Source of the DNA: Candidatus Multivoradales bacterium | GTDB lineage: Bacteria; Acidobacteriota; Thermoanaerobaculia; Multivoradales; J023 | DNA: 64,000 bases | Reading direction: 5' to 3' | NCBI GenBank assembly: GCA_965248925.1 | Contig: CBDFLE010000005.1 | Location: 448,001 to 512,000, forward strand | Shown here: positions 1 to 9,299 of the stretch, in pieces | Position numbering within the stretch: position 1 is the stretch's first letter | How the letters are laid out: every line of letters starts with the position of its first letter | Made by a program: the position numbers and the translations under genes | Notes under the pieces: generated by a model | The model's database searches: none | Told to the model about the DNA's origin: nothing | What the model saw: the letters and a program-made list of their open reading frames with translations, nothing else

Positions 1-51
1 GGCCATTTTGAGTTGTAGCATATCCGGCGGCAGCTTAACCTGGGGCCTCGA

Positions 52-80
52 TTGACCTGGCAAGAAGGGGCGCGTAGCAT
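52..80 (+). promoter_or_regulatory. putative sigma70 promoter
   Basis: TTGACC (52-57), 17-bp spacer, TAGCAT (75-80), 40 bp upstream of the ATG at 121. Confidence 0.45.
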
Positions 81-120
81 CTGACGGCCGGGGACGTTTC
101 TCTCTCGGCCGGCAAAACCC

Positions 121-2601
121 ATGAAGCGAAAGAACGCCCTCCTCGAAACCCTGCATCTGGTGATGCTGGGCGGCTTCGCCCTCGCGCAGCCGCTGTACCA
201 GGTGTTGAGCGACAGCCCAGCTTTCTTTGTCGTCCGCCGATCGCAGGCGCTGGACTTGTGGCTGCTGGTCATCGTTTTATCGCTAGCGATTCCGGGCGCG
301 GTGGCGGTGTTACCAAGAATCGTTGGCTGGGTCAGCCAACGGGCCGAGAAAGGGGCTTACGGACTGGTAATGGCGAGTTGGCTGGTGTTGACGACGCTGC
401 CGATCCTGAAACGGCACAGTCAATTCGGCGACGGCGCCCTACTGGCCAGTGCGGTGGCCATCGCCCTGGTTCTCACCGCCCTCTACAGTTGGCAACAAGC
501 GATACGCACCTTCGCTTCATTCCTGCTACCCGCGGCGCTGATTTTCCCCCTCTTGTTCTTGCTCGACCCGGCGATTCGCCGAGTCTTATCGCCACCGCAG
601 CCGCGAGCGGTGGAGGAAGTCTTCGTCGCACGATCGACGCCGGTCTTCTTGTTGGTGTTCGATGCCCTGCCGACTACTTCACTGATGGATGCCGAGGGCA
701 ACATCGATCCACTGCGTTACCCAGCTCTCGCGCGCTTGGCCGAGCAAGGTTCTTGGTACCGCCGAGCGGTGGCGGCGAGCGACTACACCGCCTATGCCGT
801 GCCGTCGATCCTCACTGGTAGCTACACCGATCGCAGTCGCCTGCCATCTTTAATCGACTATCCGGACAACTTGTTTACTCTGGTCGGCAGCAGTTACCGT
901 GTACGTGCTTGGGAGCCGGTCACCCAGCTGTGTCCGTCCTCGGTGTGCGGCGGTGGGGCTCTCACCCTGGGAGACCGCTTGGTGTCCCTGGGACGCGATC
1001 TGTCGGTGGTCTACCGACATCAGGTGATACCCCCTGGAATGGCACGCGAGCTGCCGCCGATCGCGCAGCGGTGGAAGGATTTCGCCGCCGATGCGGAGCA
1101 GGCTGGGCCCCAGCGACAGCAGCAGAAATTGGCCGATTTCGCCAGTTTTCTGGCCTCGATTGATGCCCAGCAACCGCGAAGTCTCTACTTTCTCCATTTG
1201 GTGCTACCGCACGCGCCGTTCCAGTTCTTGCCCGAGGGCCAGCTCTATGTCGAGCATCAGGAGCAGCCGACCATCGAATGGCCACTTGACCCCTGGCCTT
1301 CGGCCTTGGCCTACCAGCGGCATTTGCTGCAACTCGGCTTTGTCGATCAGCTAGTCGGTCGGCTACTCAGTCACCTCGACCGCTTGGGGCTTTACGACTC
1401 AGCGCTGATCGCGGTGACCGCTGACCATGGGGTGAGTTTCCGACCCGGTGAGAAGCGTCGCCGGTTGACCGCCGGCAACCAGACCGACGTTTTACCGGTG
1501 CCGTTGATCGTCAAGCGGCCGGGCCAGCGATCGGGAGGAATCGACGACCGTCGTGCCTCGGTGATTGACCTGCTGCCGACCGTGGCAGATGAGCTAGGTA
1601 TCGATCTTCCTTGGTCGGTCGATGGCCGTTCGCTGCGTGGCGCGGACGATCCACAGCGACCCCTGTTCAGCTTGGCCGAGGAGCTGGAGGAGATTCCAGC
1701 CGTGGTGCTGGCGGGCTCGCTGACCACCCTCGGACGCAAGCTCTCCCTCTTTGGTGACGGCCGCCAGGCAGTGTTCCCTCAACCCCGGTTGGCTAGCCAT
1801 TTGATCGGCAAGGCGGCCCGTCGGCGAGTGCTCGTTGAGGCAGGTGAAGCGCAAGTGTTGGCGGCGGTCGAGCAGGCCGAATTGTACGACCAAGTTGAGC
1901 CCAGCGCCGCCTTTGTGCCGGCGTTGATCGGTGGCTGGGCGAGATTGCCCCCTGAGTCTCCCCCGGTTACCTTGGCGGTTGCCGTGGGCGGGGTGGTGCG
2001 GGCGGTGACCCGGACCACCGCTCGCCAAGGCAGTGGCGGTTTGGCCAGTTGGCAGGCGGTGGTCGAACCGAACTCCTTCCGAAGCGGTCACAATCGTATC
2101 GATCTCTATCTGCTGAGCGACGACAACCGGCACCTGATACCGATTTCAGCGGGCGCCGGCGAAAACCCCTTCGTCGGCGTGCGGCTGGGCATCGAGCCTT
2201 TTGCCGAGATTGATCAGCAGGGCTTCCACAAGATTGAAGAAATCGCCGGCCTACCGGTGCGCTGGACCCGCGGCCGAGCAGTGTTGCGGATACCACTGAG
2301 TGGTGAGCGCAAACCAGCGCGGATGCAGATCGATCTGCTGCAAGTGGCGCCGGCTGGTAGTGCTGTCGAGATCCTGGTTGAAGGCAAGAGTCTATTCTCA
2401 GGTCACGTCGAGAAAGGACCCTGGAGCCGGACTTTCGACCTCCCTCGCTTGCGCCACCAGCAGATGGCTATCCAGTTTCGCAGTGACACCTTCGTGCCGC
2501 GCGAAGCTCTCGACGACAATCAGGACCCACGCACCTTGGGCGTGGCGTTGGCCGGAGTTTGGTTGTTGGGGGACAGTGAGGAGGAGGCGGGAACGGACTG
2601 A
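121..2601 (+). CDS. membrane-anchored sulfatase/LtaS-like (alkaline phosphatase superfamily) hydrolase or transferase
   Basis: About 5 N-terminal TM helices; motifs LLVFDAL, YTAYAVPSILTG (Thr at the nucleophile position), HLVLPHAPF, VTADHG, VPLIVK; extra beta-rich C-terminal domains. Confidence 0.75.
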   Translation: MKRKNALLETLHLVMLGGFALAQPLYQVLSDSPAFFVVRRSQALDLWLLVIVLSLAIPGAVAVLPRIVGWVSQRAEKGAYGLVMASWLVLTTLPILKRHSQFGDGALLASAVAIALVLTALYSWQQAIRTFASFLLPAALIFPLLFLLDPAIRRVLSPPQPRAVEEVFVARSTPVFLLVFDALPTTSLMDAEGNIDPLRYPALARLAEQGSWYRRAVAASDYTAYAVPSILTGSYTDRSRLPSLIDYPDNLFTLVGSSYRVRAWEPVTQLCPSSVCGGGALTLGDRLVSLGRDLSVVYRHQVIPPGMARELPPIAQRWKDFAADAEQAGPQRQQQKLADFASFLASIDAQQPRSLYFLHLVLPHAPFQFLPEGQLYVEHQEQPTIEWPLDPWPSALAYQRHLLQLGFVDQLVGRLLSHLDRLGLYDSALIAVTADHGVSFRPGEKRRRLTAGNQTDVLPVPLIVKRPGQRSGGIDDRRASVIDLLPTVADELGIDLPWSVDGRSLRGADDPQRPLFSLAEELEEIPAVVLAGSLTTLGRKLSLFGDGRQAVFPQPRLASHLIGKAARRRVLVEAGEAQVLAAVEQAELYDQVEPSAAFVPALIGGWARLPPESPPVTLAVAVGGVVRAVTRTTARQGSGGLASWQAVVEPNSFRSGHNRIDLYLLSDDNRHLIPISAGAGENPFVGVRLGIEPFAEIDQQGFHKIEEIAGLPVRWTRGRAVLRIPLSGERKPARMQIDLLQVAPAGSAVEILVEGKSLFSGHVEKGPWSRTFDLPRLRHQQMAIQFRSDTFVPREALDDNQDPRTLGVALAGVWLLGDSEEEAGTD

Positions 2602-2604
2602 GGG

Positions 2605-3192
2605 CTAGACAGCGGGTGGGCTAGCGGCGAGTGCGGTGGCCGTGTGGATCAGGGTTTGGAGGAGCGTGTCGAGGCGCGCTGCCAGTTTCACATCGGTCAA
2701 TGTCCCGTCTTCGGCGAAGGCTTGGAAGGCACTGCCTACCGCCAGGTCCCCTGGTACCACCAAGGCGCCGATGCCGCAGAGGATCGCCCGCACATGGACC
2801 AGCCCACGGAGGCCGCCAAGGGCGCCTGGCGAGGTGCTCAGCAAGGCAGCTACTTTGCCGCGCGTGGCGCTGCCCCCGGCCACCCCTGCAGCGGGTCGGG
2901 AGGTCCAATCGATAACGTTCTTGAGCAGCGGGGTGATCGAGCCGTTGTATTCCGGGCAGGAGATCAGCAAGGCGTCGTGGTCGAGCATCAGCTGCTGCAG
3001 TTGCAGCGCCTTCTCCGGCAGGCCGCCGGCATCTTCCTCATCGCCATTGTAGAGCGGCATGGGGTAGTCGGCGAGGTCCACCAAGGTGACTTTCGCACCG
3101 AGTTGAGCGGCCCGGCTCGCTGCCACCGAGGCCAATTTATTGTTCTGTGAATCACGCCGCGCGCTGCCGGCAAAGGCCAGTATCTTGATCAT
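2605..3192 (-). CDS. NADPH-dependent FMN reductase
   Basis: ILAFAGSARRDS, CPEYNGSITPLLKNVIDW, SPGALGGLRG; start reassigned to ATG 3192. Confidence 0.9.
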   Translation of the reverse strand: MIKILAFAGSARRDSQNNKLASVAASRAAQLGAKVTLVDLADYPMPLYNGDEEDAGGLPEKALQLQQLMLDHDALLISCPEYNGSITPLLKNVIDWTSRPAAGVAGGSATRGKVAALLSTSPGALGGLRGLVHVRAILCGIGALVVPGDLAVGSAFQAFAEDGTLTDVKLAARLDTLLQTLIHTATALAASPPAV

Positions 3193-3289
3193 GGTTAGTG
3201 AATCTCCGAGGCATCGGCTTGCTCCGCGGCCAGCCGTTGTAAGTATTTCTTTTTGCCACGTTGGACGTAGATCAGTGCGCGAACCGGCC

Positions 3290-3928
3290 TCATTGCAGAC
3301 GGATCTCGACTTTGCCACTGGCCATGTCGATCTCGATGTCAGCTTCTCCCGGCCCCTGCCATTTGAGCGACTCGGGGAAGCCGGTACCTTTGATCTCTCC
3401 GCCGCCGACCATCAGCCGCGCTTTACCGACCGTGATCTTGACGTTGACCTTGCCAACGCTGGCCTGGTCATAAAGCACCTCGACACTACCGCCGGCCGCA
3501 TCGAGTTCCAAATCGTTGCTCAGGCCGCTCACTGAAACATCTCCCGCCCGCAGATCGATCTCGACCGGCAAGTGGCGGGGTAGACGCACCACCATGCTGG
3601 CGCCGACGCCGCGGAGAAAAGCGCGGGTCGTCTTCTTCACTCCGAGTTTAAAACGTTTGCGGCTGACCCGAGGTGCCAGCTCTACCCGATCGGCGCGGTT
3701 TTGGCATTTCCTGTCGCCAGCTTGGCAAGTAATCGATAAGACGATCTCGATATTGGGTCCATCGCTGCCTTCGATTCGCAAGTCGCCAAGGGCCAGAGAA
3801 ATGCTGACTCTCTGCGCTTCTCCAGGAAAAAACTTCTGCTCCAGCACCCGCCCGGCAGACTGGGCAAGGGCCGTTGGAGCGAGCGCCAGCAGGATAGCCA
3901 AACAACAAGAGAGAGATCGAGTGCTCAT
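3290..3928 (-). CDS. secreted DUF4097/adhesin-like beta-strand repeat protein
   Basis: Signal peptide followed by repeated G-D/S/K-V-x-V strands (AGDVSV, GGSVEV, SGKVEI). Confidence 0.6.
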   Translation of the reverse strand: MSTRSLSCCLAILLALAPTALAQSAGRVLEQKFFPGEAQRVSISLALGDLRIEGSDGPNIEIVLSITCQAGDRKCQNRADRVELAPRVSRKRFKLGVKKTTRAFLRGVGASMVVRLPRHLPVEIDLRAGDVSVSGLSNDLELDAAGGSVEVLYDQASVGKVNVKITVGKARLMVGGGEIKGTGFPESLKWQGPGEADIEIDMASGKVEIRLQ

Positions 3929-3971
3929 CGGCTATTTACCCTTTCGCCATCTTCGCGGTTGCGCCAGAACG

Positions 3972-5060
3972 CTAGCGGACCCGCTGACGGCGGTTGCGGA
4001 TGTAGTCGGCGAGAATAAACTCACCGAGATTGTTGGGCGAAGCAAAGTAGGCTCGCCCGCGATTGGTTTGGGTCAGCTGCTCGACGAAATCGGTCAACAG
4101 GGGATCGCTAGCGATCATGAAGGTGGTAATCACCACTCGCTGGCGGCGGCATATGTCGGCTTCCTCCAGGGTGCGGTTGACGATCTTCAAATCGAGCCCG
4201 AAAGGGTTTTTGTAGATCTGGTCGCCTTCGGTGATCGCTGAAGGCTTGCCGTCGGTAATCAGAAAGATCTGCTTGTTGGGTTGCTTTTGCCGCCGCAGTA
4301 GTTGGCGCGCGAGCTGGAGGGCCTCGCGGGTGTTGGTGTGGTACGGCCCGGCTTCAATGAAGGGAATCTCGCCCAGCTCAACCCGCTCTGCGCGGTCGCC
4401 GAAGAGGATCACCCCGAGGTGGTCTTTGGGGTACTTGGAAGTAATCAACTCGGTCAGCGCCAGAGCGACTTTCTTGGCCGGGGTAATACGGTCTTCGCCA
4501 TAGAGAATCATCGAGTGGCTGATGTCGATAGCGACGATGGTGGCGCAAGAGGTCAGGTGCTCGCTCTCGTGGACCACCAGATCTTCTTCACGGAGTTCCA
4601 GCCCGCCCTGGGTGCGGCGCAAGGCATTGTGCAGCGAGCCAGGTACATCGATGCGGTGCAGGTCGTCGCCGAACCGGTAGCGCCGGGTTTCCGGCAAGCG
4701 TTCGACCCCCTCGCCGGCGGCGTGCACCCGGTGATAGCCAGGACCACCTTTCCGCAAGCTGCTGAAGATCTCCTCGAAGGCGCTGCGACGAATGCGCCGC
4801 TCGCCAGTTGGAGTGAGCTGCAGGTTGCCGTCTTGCCCGCGGCCGATGGTGCGCTGTTCTTCGAGGGCAGCGAAGAAAGACTCCAAATCGATGTCGGGTG
4901 ATAGGTATCCTTGATTCTGCAGCTGACGCATCCACTCCATGGCTTGCTCGGCATCGCCACCACCAGCTAGCAAGAGCTGCTGAAAGAGGCGTTCCAGATC
5001 CATCGCCGCGAGAATGCCGCGAATCAGTTCAGGATCGAGATAACGATAACGGTGGCGCAT
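3972..5060 (-). CDS. VWA domain-containing protein (partner of the AAA+ ATPase)
   Basis: MIDAS-like DISHSM, HTNT, LITDGKPS; start at 5060 or 5108. Confidence 0.85.
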   Translation of the reverse strand: MRHRYRYLDPELIRGILAAMDLERLFQQLLLAGGGDAEQAMEWMRQLQNQGYLSPDIDLESFFAALEEQRTIGRGQDGNLQLTPTGERRIRRSAFEEIFSSLRKGGPGYHRVHAAGEGVERLPETRRYRFGDDLHRIDVPGSLHNALRRTQGGLELREEDLVVHESEHLTSCATIVAIDISHSMILYGEDRITPAKKVALALTELITSKYPKDHLGVILFGDRAERVELGEIPFIEAGPYHTNTREALQLARQLLRRQKQPNKQIFLITDGKPSAITEGDQIYKNPFGLDLKIVNRTLEEADICRRQRVVITTFMIASDPLLTDFVEQLTQTNRGRAYFASPNNLGEFILADYIRNRRQRVR

Positions 5061-5097
5061 GGGATAAAAGTCGGTCGCTAAGTTGGGCCGTATCAGC

Positions 5098-6630
5098 TCA
5101 GTTGACATCCCGGTCGCGGCGTTGGCGGCGCGACTTGAGCAGCTGGAATTTGACCATCTCTTTGTAGTGAATCTGGCTGTCGAGATCCTCGCGGGCCAGT
5201 TTTAGGTGCTGGTGCAGACCTTCGAGCACCAGCTCGGCGAGCCAAGCCTCGGATTCGGGAGCTCGATCGACGACGTTCCGCCGCACCAAATCGAAGAGTC
5301 CCGGCACTCGCTCGAGTTCACTGCGATAATCGGCGAAGGGCTGCTCGTCGGTCAAGGTGACGACATTGCCGGCGGCGAACCAGCCGATGATAGAGGCGTA
5401 AGGGCCGACATTGTCGCTACCAGGGTCTGGCTTTTCGCTGCGCTGAGCCGCATCGGCTTCGCGGCCAACTTCAGAACCGACTTCTGGAAACTCCTTCTCG
5501 AATGCCTTCTTGACCGCTTCGCCGACCAGCTTTTTGGCCACCACCTCGGTGCCTTGCTGTTCCCCCTCGTAGACCATCTCGACTTTGCCGGTGATTGCCG
5601 GAAGCAGCATGTGCAGATCGCAGATTCGCGGATGTACGGCGTTGTCGCCGGTGATCAACGCTCGGCGTTCGAGATTGGAACAGAGCAGTTCGAGGGCCGA
5701 GATTGCCAGCCGCGCGCTAACCCCGGAGGTTTGGTCTATTAGCTCGCTATGGCGCGCGGCGATTGAAATTTCTTCGATCAGCAGCCGTACCGTTGCGGGG
5801 ATCACCACTGCTTCGCTGCCTCTCTCCAACCACGCCTCCTGGCCGCTGACCTGAGCCGCGATCATCGCGTCGGCGGGGTAGTGGGTAAGAATCTGCGACG
5901 AGATGCGGTCCTTGAGCGGGGTGATGATCGAGCCCCGGTTGGTGTAATCCTCGGGATTGGCCGAAAAGACCAGCAACATGTCGAGCGGTAGGCGCACTGG
6001 GAAACCACGAATCTGCAGGTCCCGTTCTTCGAGAATATTCAGCAGGCCGACTTGGATTCGTGGCGCCAGGTCGGGCAGCTCGTTGATGGCGAAGATGCCT
6101 CGGTTGGTGCGCGGCACGATGCCGAAGTGGATCACCTCGGGATCGGCGTAAGTCAGCCGGCGGGTGGCTGCCTTGATGGGGTCGATATCACCTAGAAGAT
6201 CGGAAATGGTCACGTCCGGGGTGGCCAACTTTTCGTGATAACGCAGCTCGCGGGGGAGCCAGTCGATGAGTGCCTGGTCGCCGGCTTCAGCGATCGAGCG
6301 TTGGCCCGGGACCGAAATCGGGTCGAATGGATCGTCGTTCAGCTCACTGTCGGCGAGCACCGGCAGGTAGTCGTCGAGCAGGCCGGTGAGCTGGCGTAGC
6401 AAGCGGGTCTTGGCCTGGCCGCGGAGGCCGAGCAAGATGAAGTCGTGGCCCGCCAGCAGCGCATTGACAATGCCGGGAATCACCGTCCGGTCGTAGCCCA
6501 AGACGCCGGGGAAGAGGGTCTCGCCCTGGCGTAGCTTATGTTGCAGGTTGCGCCGCATCTCGTCGCGAATCGAGCAGCTTCGCCAGCCGCTGGCCCGCAG
6601 CTCGCCAACCGTCTTGGGGCGCTGGCTCAC
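5098..6630 (-). CDS. AAA+ ATPase, magnesium chelatase subunit I-like
   Basis: Walker A GLRGQAKT, AINELPDL, ANPEDYTNRG; adjacent to the VWA gene; 4-bp overlap with trxB. Confidence 0.85.
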   Translation of the reverse strand: MSQRPKTVGELRASGWRSCSIRDEMRRNLQHKLRQGETLFPGVLGYDRTVIPGIVNALLAGHDFILLGLRGQAKTRLLRQLTGLLDDYLPVLADSELNDDPFDPISVPGQRSIAEAGDQALIDWLPRELRYHEKLATPDVTISDLLGDIDPIKAATRRLTYADPEVIHFGIVPRTNRGIFAINELPDLAPRIQVGLLNILEERDLQIRGFPVRLPLDMLLVFSANPEDYTNRGSIITPLKDRISSQILTHYPADAMIAAQVSGQEAWLERGSEAVVIPATVRLLIEEISIAARHSELIDQTSGVSARLAISALELLCSNLERRALITGDNAVHPRICDLHMLLPAITGKVEMVYEGEQQGTEVVAKKLVGEAVKKAFEKEFPEVGSEVGREADAAQRSEKPDPGSDNVGPYASIIGWFAAGNVVTLTDEQPFADYRSELERVPGLFDLVRRNVVDRAPESEAWLAELVLEGLHQHLKLAREDLDSQIHYKEMVKFQLLKSRRQRRDRDVN

Positions 6631-7580
6631 TCCTGGCCCTCCAGCCAGCGCTCGGCGTCGATCGCCGCCGTACAGCCGCTACCGGCGGCGGTGATCGCTT
6701 GACGGTAGTTGGGGTCCATCACGTCGCCGGCGGCGAACACTCCGGCGACATTGGTGTCGGTGCTGGGTGAGCGCACCTTCAGGTAGCCGACTTCATCCAT
6801 CTCGAGCTGGCCCTTGAAGACCTGAGTGTTGGGACGGTGGCCAATGGCCAGGAACATCCCCTGGGTGGCGAACTCGCTTTCTTCGCCATTCACGGTGTGG
6901 CGCAGCTTGACCGCATGCACGCCGTTCTCGCGGCTGCCCAAAACCTTGGTGACCTGTTGATTCCACAGGAATTCGATCTTGTCGTTGGCGAGAGCACGGT
7001 CGATCATGATCTTAGATGCCCGCAGCTCGTCGCGGCGATGGATCACCGTCACTTTGGAGCAGAAGCGGGTGAGGAAAGTGGCCTCCTCCATGGCGCTGTC
7101 GCCACCGCCAACCACCACGATCTCTTTGTCTTTGAAGAAAAAGCCATCGCAGGTGGCGCATGCCGAGACGCCGTAGCCCATCAAATGCTCCTCCGACTCC
7201 AGCCCCAGCAGGCTGGCGGTGGCGCCGGTGGAGATCACCAGAGCATCGGCGGTGTAGCTGTGCTCCTCGGTTTGGGCACTGAAAGGGCGTTGGGAGAGAT
7301 CGATCTTGGTGACTTCTTCGAACGAAACCGTGGCGCCGAAGTTCTTCGCCTGATCGCGCATCTTGTCGACCAGCTCGGGGCCGAGAATGCCGCCGGGAAA
7401 GCCGGGGTAGTTCTCGACATCGGTGGTGATGGTCAGCTGGCCACCTGGCTGCATTCCTTCGATCACATGCGGCTGCAAGTTGGCGCGAGCGGCGTAGAGG
7501 GCAGCCGTGAGGCCGGCAGGACCGCTGCCGATGATCAAGAGCTGGTGGTGAATAGGCTTAGATTTCTGAGTATCGGACAT
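6627..7580 (-). CDS. trxB: thioredoxin-disulfide reductase
   Basis: IGSGPAG, CATCDGFF, VGGGDSAMEE, FAAGDV; start probably 7580. Confidence 0.96.
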   Translation of the reverse strand: MSDTQKSKPIHHQLLIIGSGPAGLTAALYAARANLQPHVIEGMQPGGQLTITTDVENYPGFPGGILGPELVDKMRDQAKNFGATVSFEEVTKIDLSQRPFSAQTEEHSYTADALVISTGATASLLGLESEEHLMGYGVSACATCDGFFFKDKEIVVVGGGDSAMEEATFLTRFCSKVTVIHRRDELRASKIMIDRALANDKIEFLWNQQVTKVLGSRENGVHAVKLRHTVNGEESEFATQGMFLAIGHRPNTQVFKGQLEMDEVGYLKVRSPSTDTNVAGVFAAGDVMDPNYRQAITAAGSGCTAAIDAERWLEGQE

Positions 7581-7751
7581 TGGGGCGTCGAGCTCCCTGA
7601 GTTTCGTTCGCGTTTGCGAGGTGGACATTCTGCCTTACCCTGATCGTCTAGCGGCCAGCGGTGGGCAAGTGGGTAAGCACCGCTGAGTATAGCCGACCGG
7701 TCGCCTACTTCTGTCTCGGCCTAACCGTTGCAGAGCGGTTATCATTCCCGC

Positions 7752-8639
7752 ATGGGTAGCTTTGATGATCAACCTAGCCTTGGCGATAAGCACTTTGCTC
7801 AGCGGGCAACTCAACAGCGGCGGGCGCGCTGGTTGATTGGCGTGGCATTGTTGCTCGGTCTGGGTATTTTCGCAGGAGGCGGCATGTTCGAACAGATGAT
7901 GCTCTATCCGGCGCCGCGAGTCACGGTGCCGTCGCCGCCGCCCGGAGATCTGGTCGAGCGGCCGTTACAGCTGGCCGACGGCACGGAAATCTCAGCTTGG
8001 TGGTCGGCCCATCCGGCCCCTCGGGCGACGATTCTATTCCTCCACGGCAACGGCGAGAATCTGGAGTTGCTGCGTCGGGGTGGAGTGTTCGAAGAATTCC
8101 ACCAGCTCGGCGTGTCGGTCTTGGCGATCGACTATCCGAGCTACGGCCGCAGCGGTGGCAAACCGTCGCAAGACAGCCTGGTGGAGGCGACGGTGGTCGC
8201 TTTCGATCAACTAGCTATCTTGCAACCGGAAGTGCCGCGGCTGTTGGTGGGATGGTCGCTCGGGGCGGCGGTGGCGGTTCAAGCCGCGAGTCACCGGCCT
8301 GCCGACGCTCTGGTGATGATCAGTGCCTGGGACACTCTGCCGGAGCTTGCTCGGGGCCATTTCCCAGCTTGGATGTTGAAATTGGTGCTGCGCCATTCCT
8401 ACGACTCGCTAACTGCCGCTGCCGCCAGCGACTGTCCGGTGCTGCAACTCCACGGCAGCCACGACCGACTGATCCCGATCGAACACGGTCGGCGCTTGGA
8501 GACGGCCTTCGGTGATCGGGTGCGGTTCGTAGAGGTGGCGGCGGGCCACAACGAAATTCTTGGCCTGCGGCAGGTGTGGGATGAGTTGGGGAGCTTCCTC
8601 GGACAGCTTGTCGAGCGGCAGAAACCGGAGAGCCAATGA
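7752..8639 (+). CDS. alpha/beta hydrolase (ABHD/Bem46-like) with N-terminal TM anchor
   Basis: LHGNGEN, DYPSYG, GWSLG nucleophile elbow, HGSHD, GHNE. Confidence 0.88.
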   Translation: MGSFDDQPSLGDKHFAQRATQQRRARWLIGVALLLGLGIFAGGGMFEQMMLYPAPRVTVPSPPPGDLVERPLQLADGTEISAWWSAHPAPRATILFLHGNGENLELLRRGGVFEEFHQLGVSVLAIDYPSYGRSGGKPSQDSLVEATVVAFDQLAILQPEVPRLLVGWSLGAAVAVQAASHRPADALVMISAWDTLPELARGHFPAWMLKLVLRHSYDSLTAAAASDCPVLQLHGSHDRLIPIEHGRRLETAFGDRVRFVEVAAGHNEILGLRQVWDELGSFLGQLVERQKPESQ

Positions 8640-8696
8640 GGTGTCGGGCGCCGCGACTTTTGGCTTGAATGGTACTGGAGGGTATACTCCCTAGTC

Positions 8697-9299
8697 ATGG
8701 GAATGACCGTATTCGCAGAGTTGCCGCTGACGCCTTCTGGTCACCTCGGCCCCTACCGTCGGGCTGACTACGCCCGATTGCCGGACGAGCCACGCTGTGA
8801 GTTGATTTACGGGAGGCTGTATTTGAGTCCTAGTCCACTGTTGTTGCATCAGGTGATTGTTGCCGAGATCTGGCGCAGATTGCACGAAGTTGCTACTGCC
8901 ACTGGCGGTCTAGCGGCTTTGGCGCCGTTAGACGTACACCTCGCCGACCATTCCGTTGTGCAGCCAGATGTGCTCTACGTGGCGCCGGAAAACCGCGCCA
9001 TCTTGCAAGACTGGATCGAGGGCAACCCAGATCTGAGTGTCGAGGTGCTGTCGCCGGGTACCGCTCGCCGCGACCGCGGCGAGAAGCTCAAGCTCTATGC
9101 TGAAAGCGGCGTCCGGGAATATTGGATTGTCGACCCCGCGGAGCGGCAGATCGAGTTCTTCACCTTGCGCGGTGACGAGTTCGTCGTCGCCCTGCCGGCA
9201 GGCCAGACTTACCGCTCGCGGGTTCTGCCGGAGATTGAGTTCGATCTGGTCGATTTCTGGCGCAGCATCGAGCTAACGCTTCCCCGCAGCGTCGATTAG
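8697..9299 (+). CDS. Uma2 family (PD-(D/E)XK) endonuclease
   Basis: ELIYG, VVQPDV, PDLSVEVLSPGT, K-x2-LY, GVREYWIVDP. Confidence 0.92.
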   Translation: MGMTVFAELPLTPSGHLGPYRRADYARLPDEPRCELIYGRLYLSPSPLLLHQVIVAEIWRRLHEVATATGGLAALAPLDVHLADHSVVQPDVLYVAPENRAILQDWIEGNPDLSVEVLSPGTARRDRGEKLKLYAESGVREYWIVDPAERQIEFFTLRGDEFVVALPAGQTYRSRVLPEIEFDLVDFWRSIELTLPRSVD

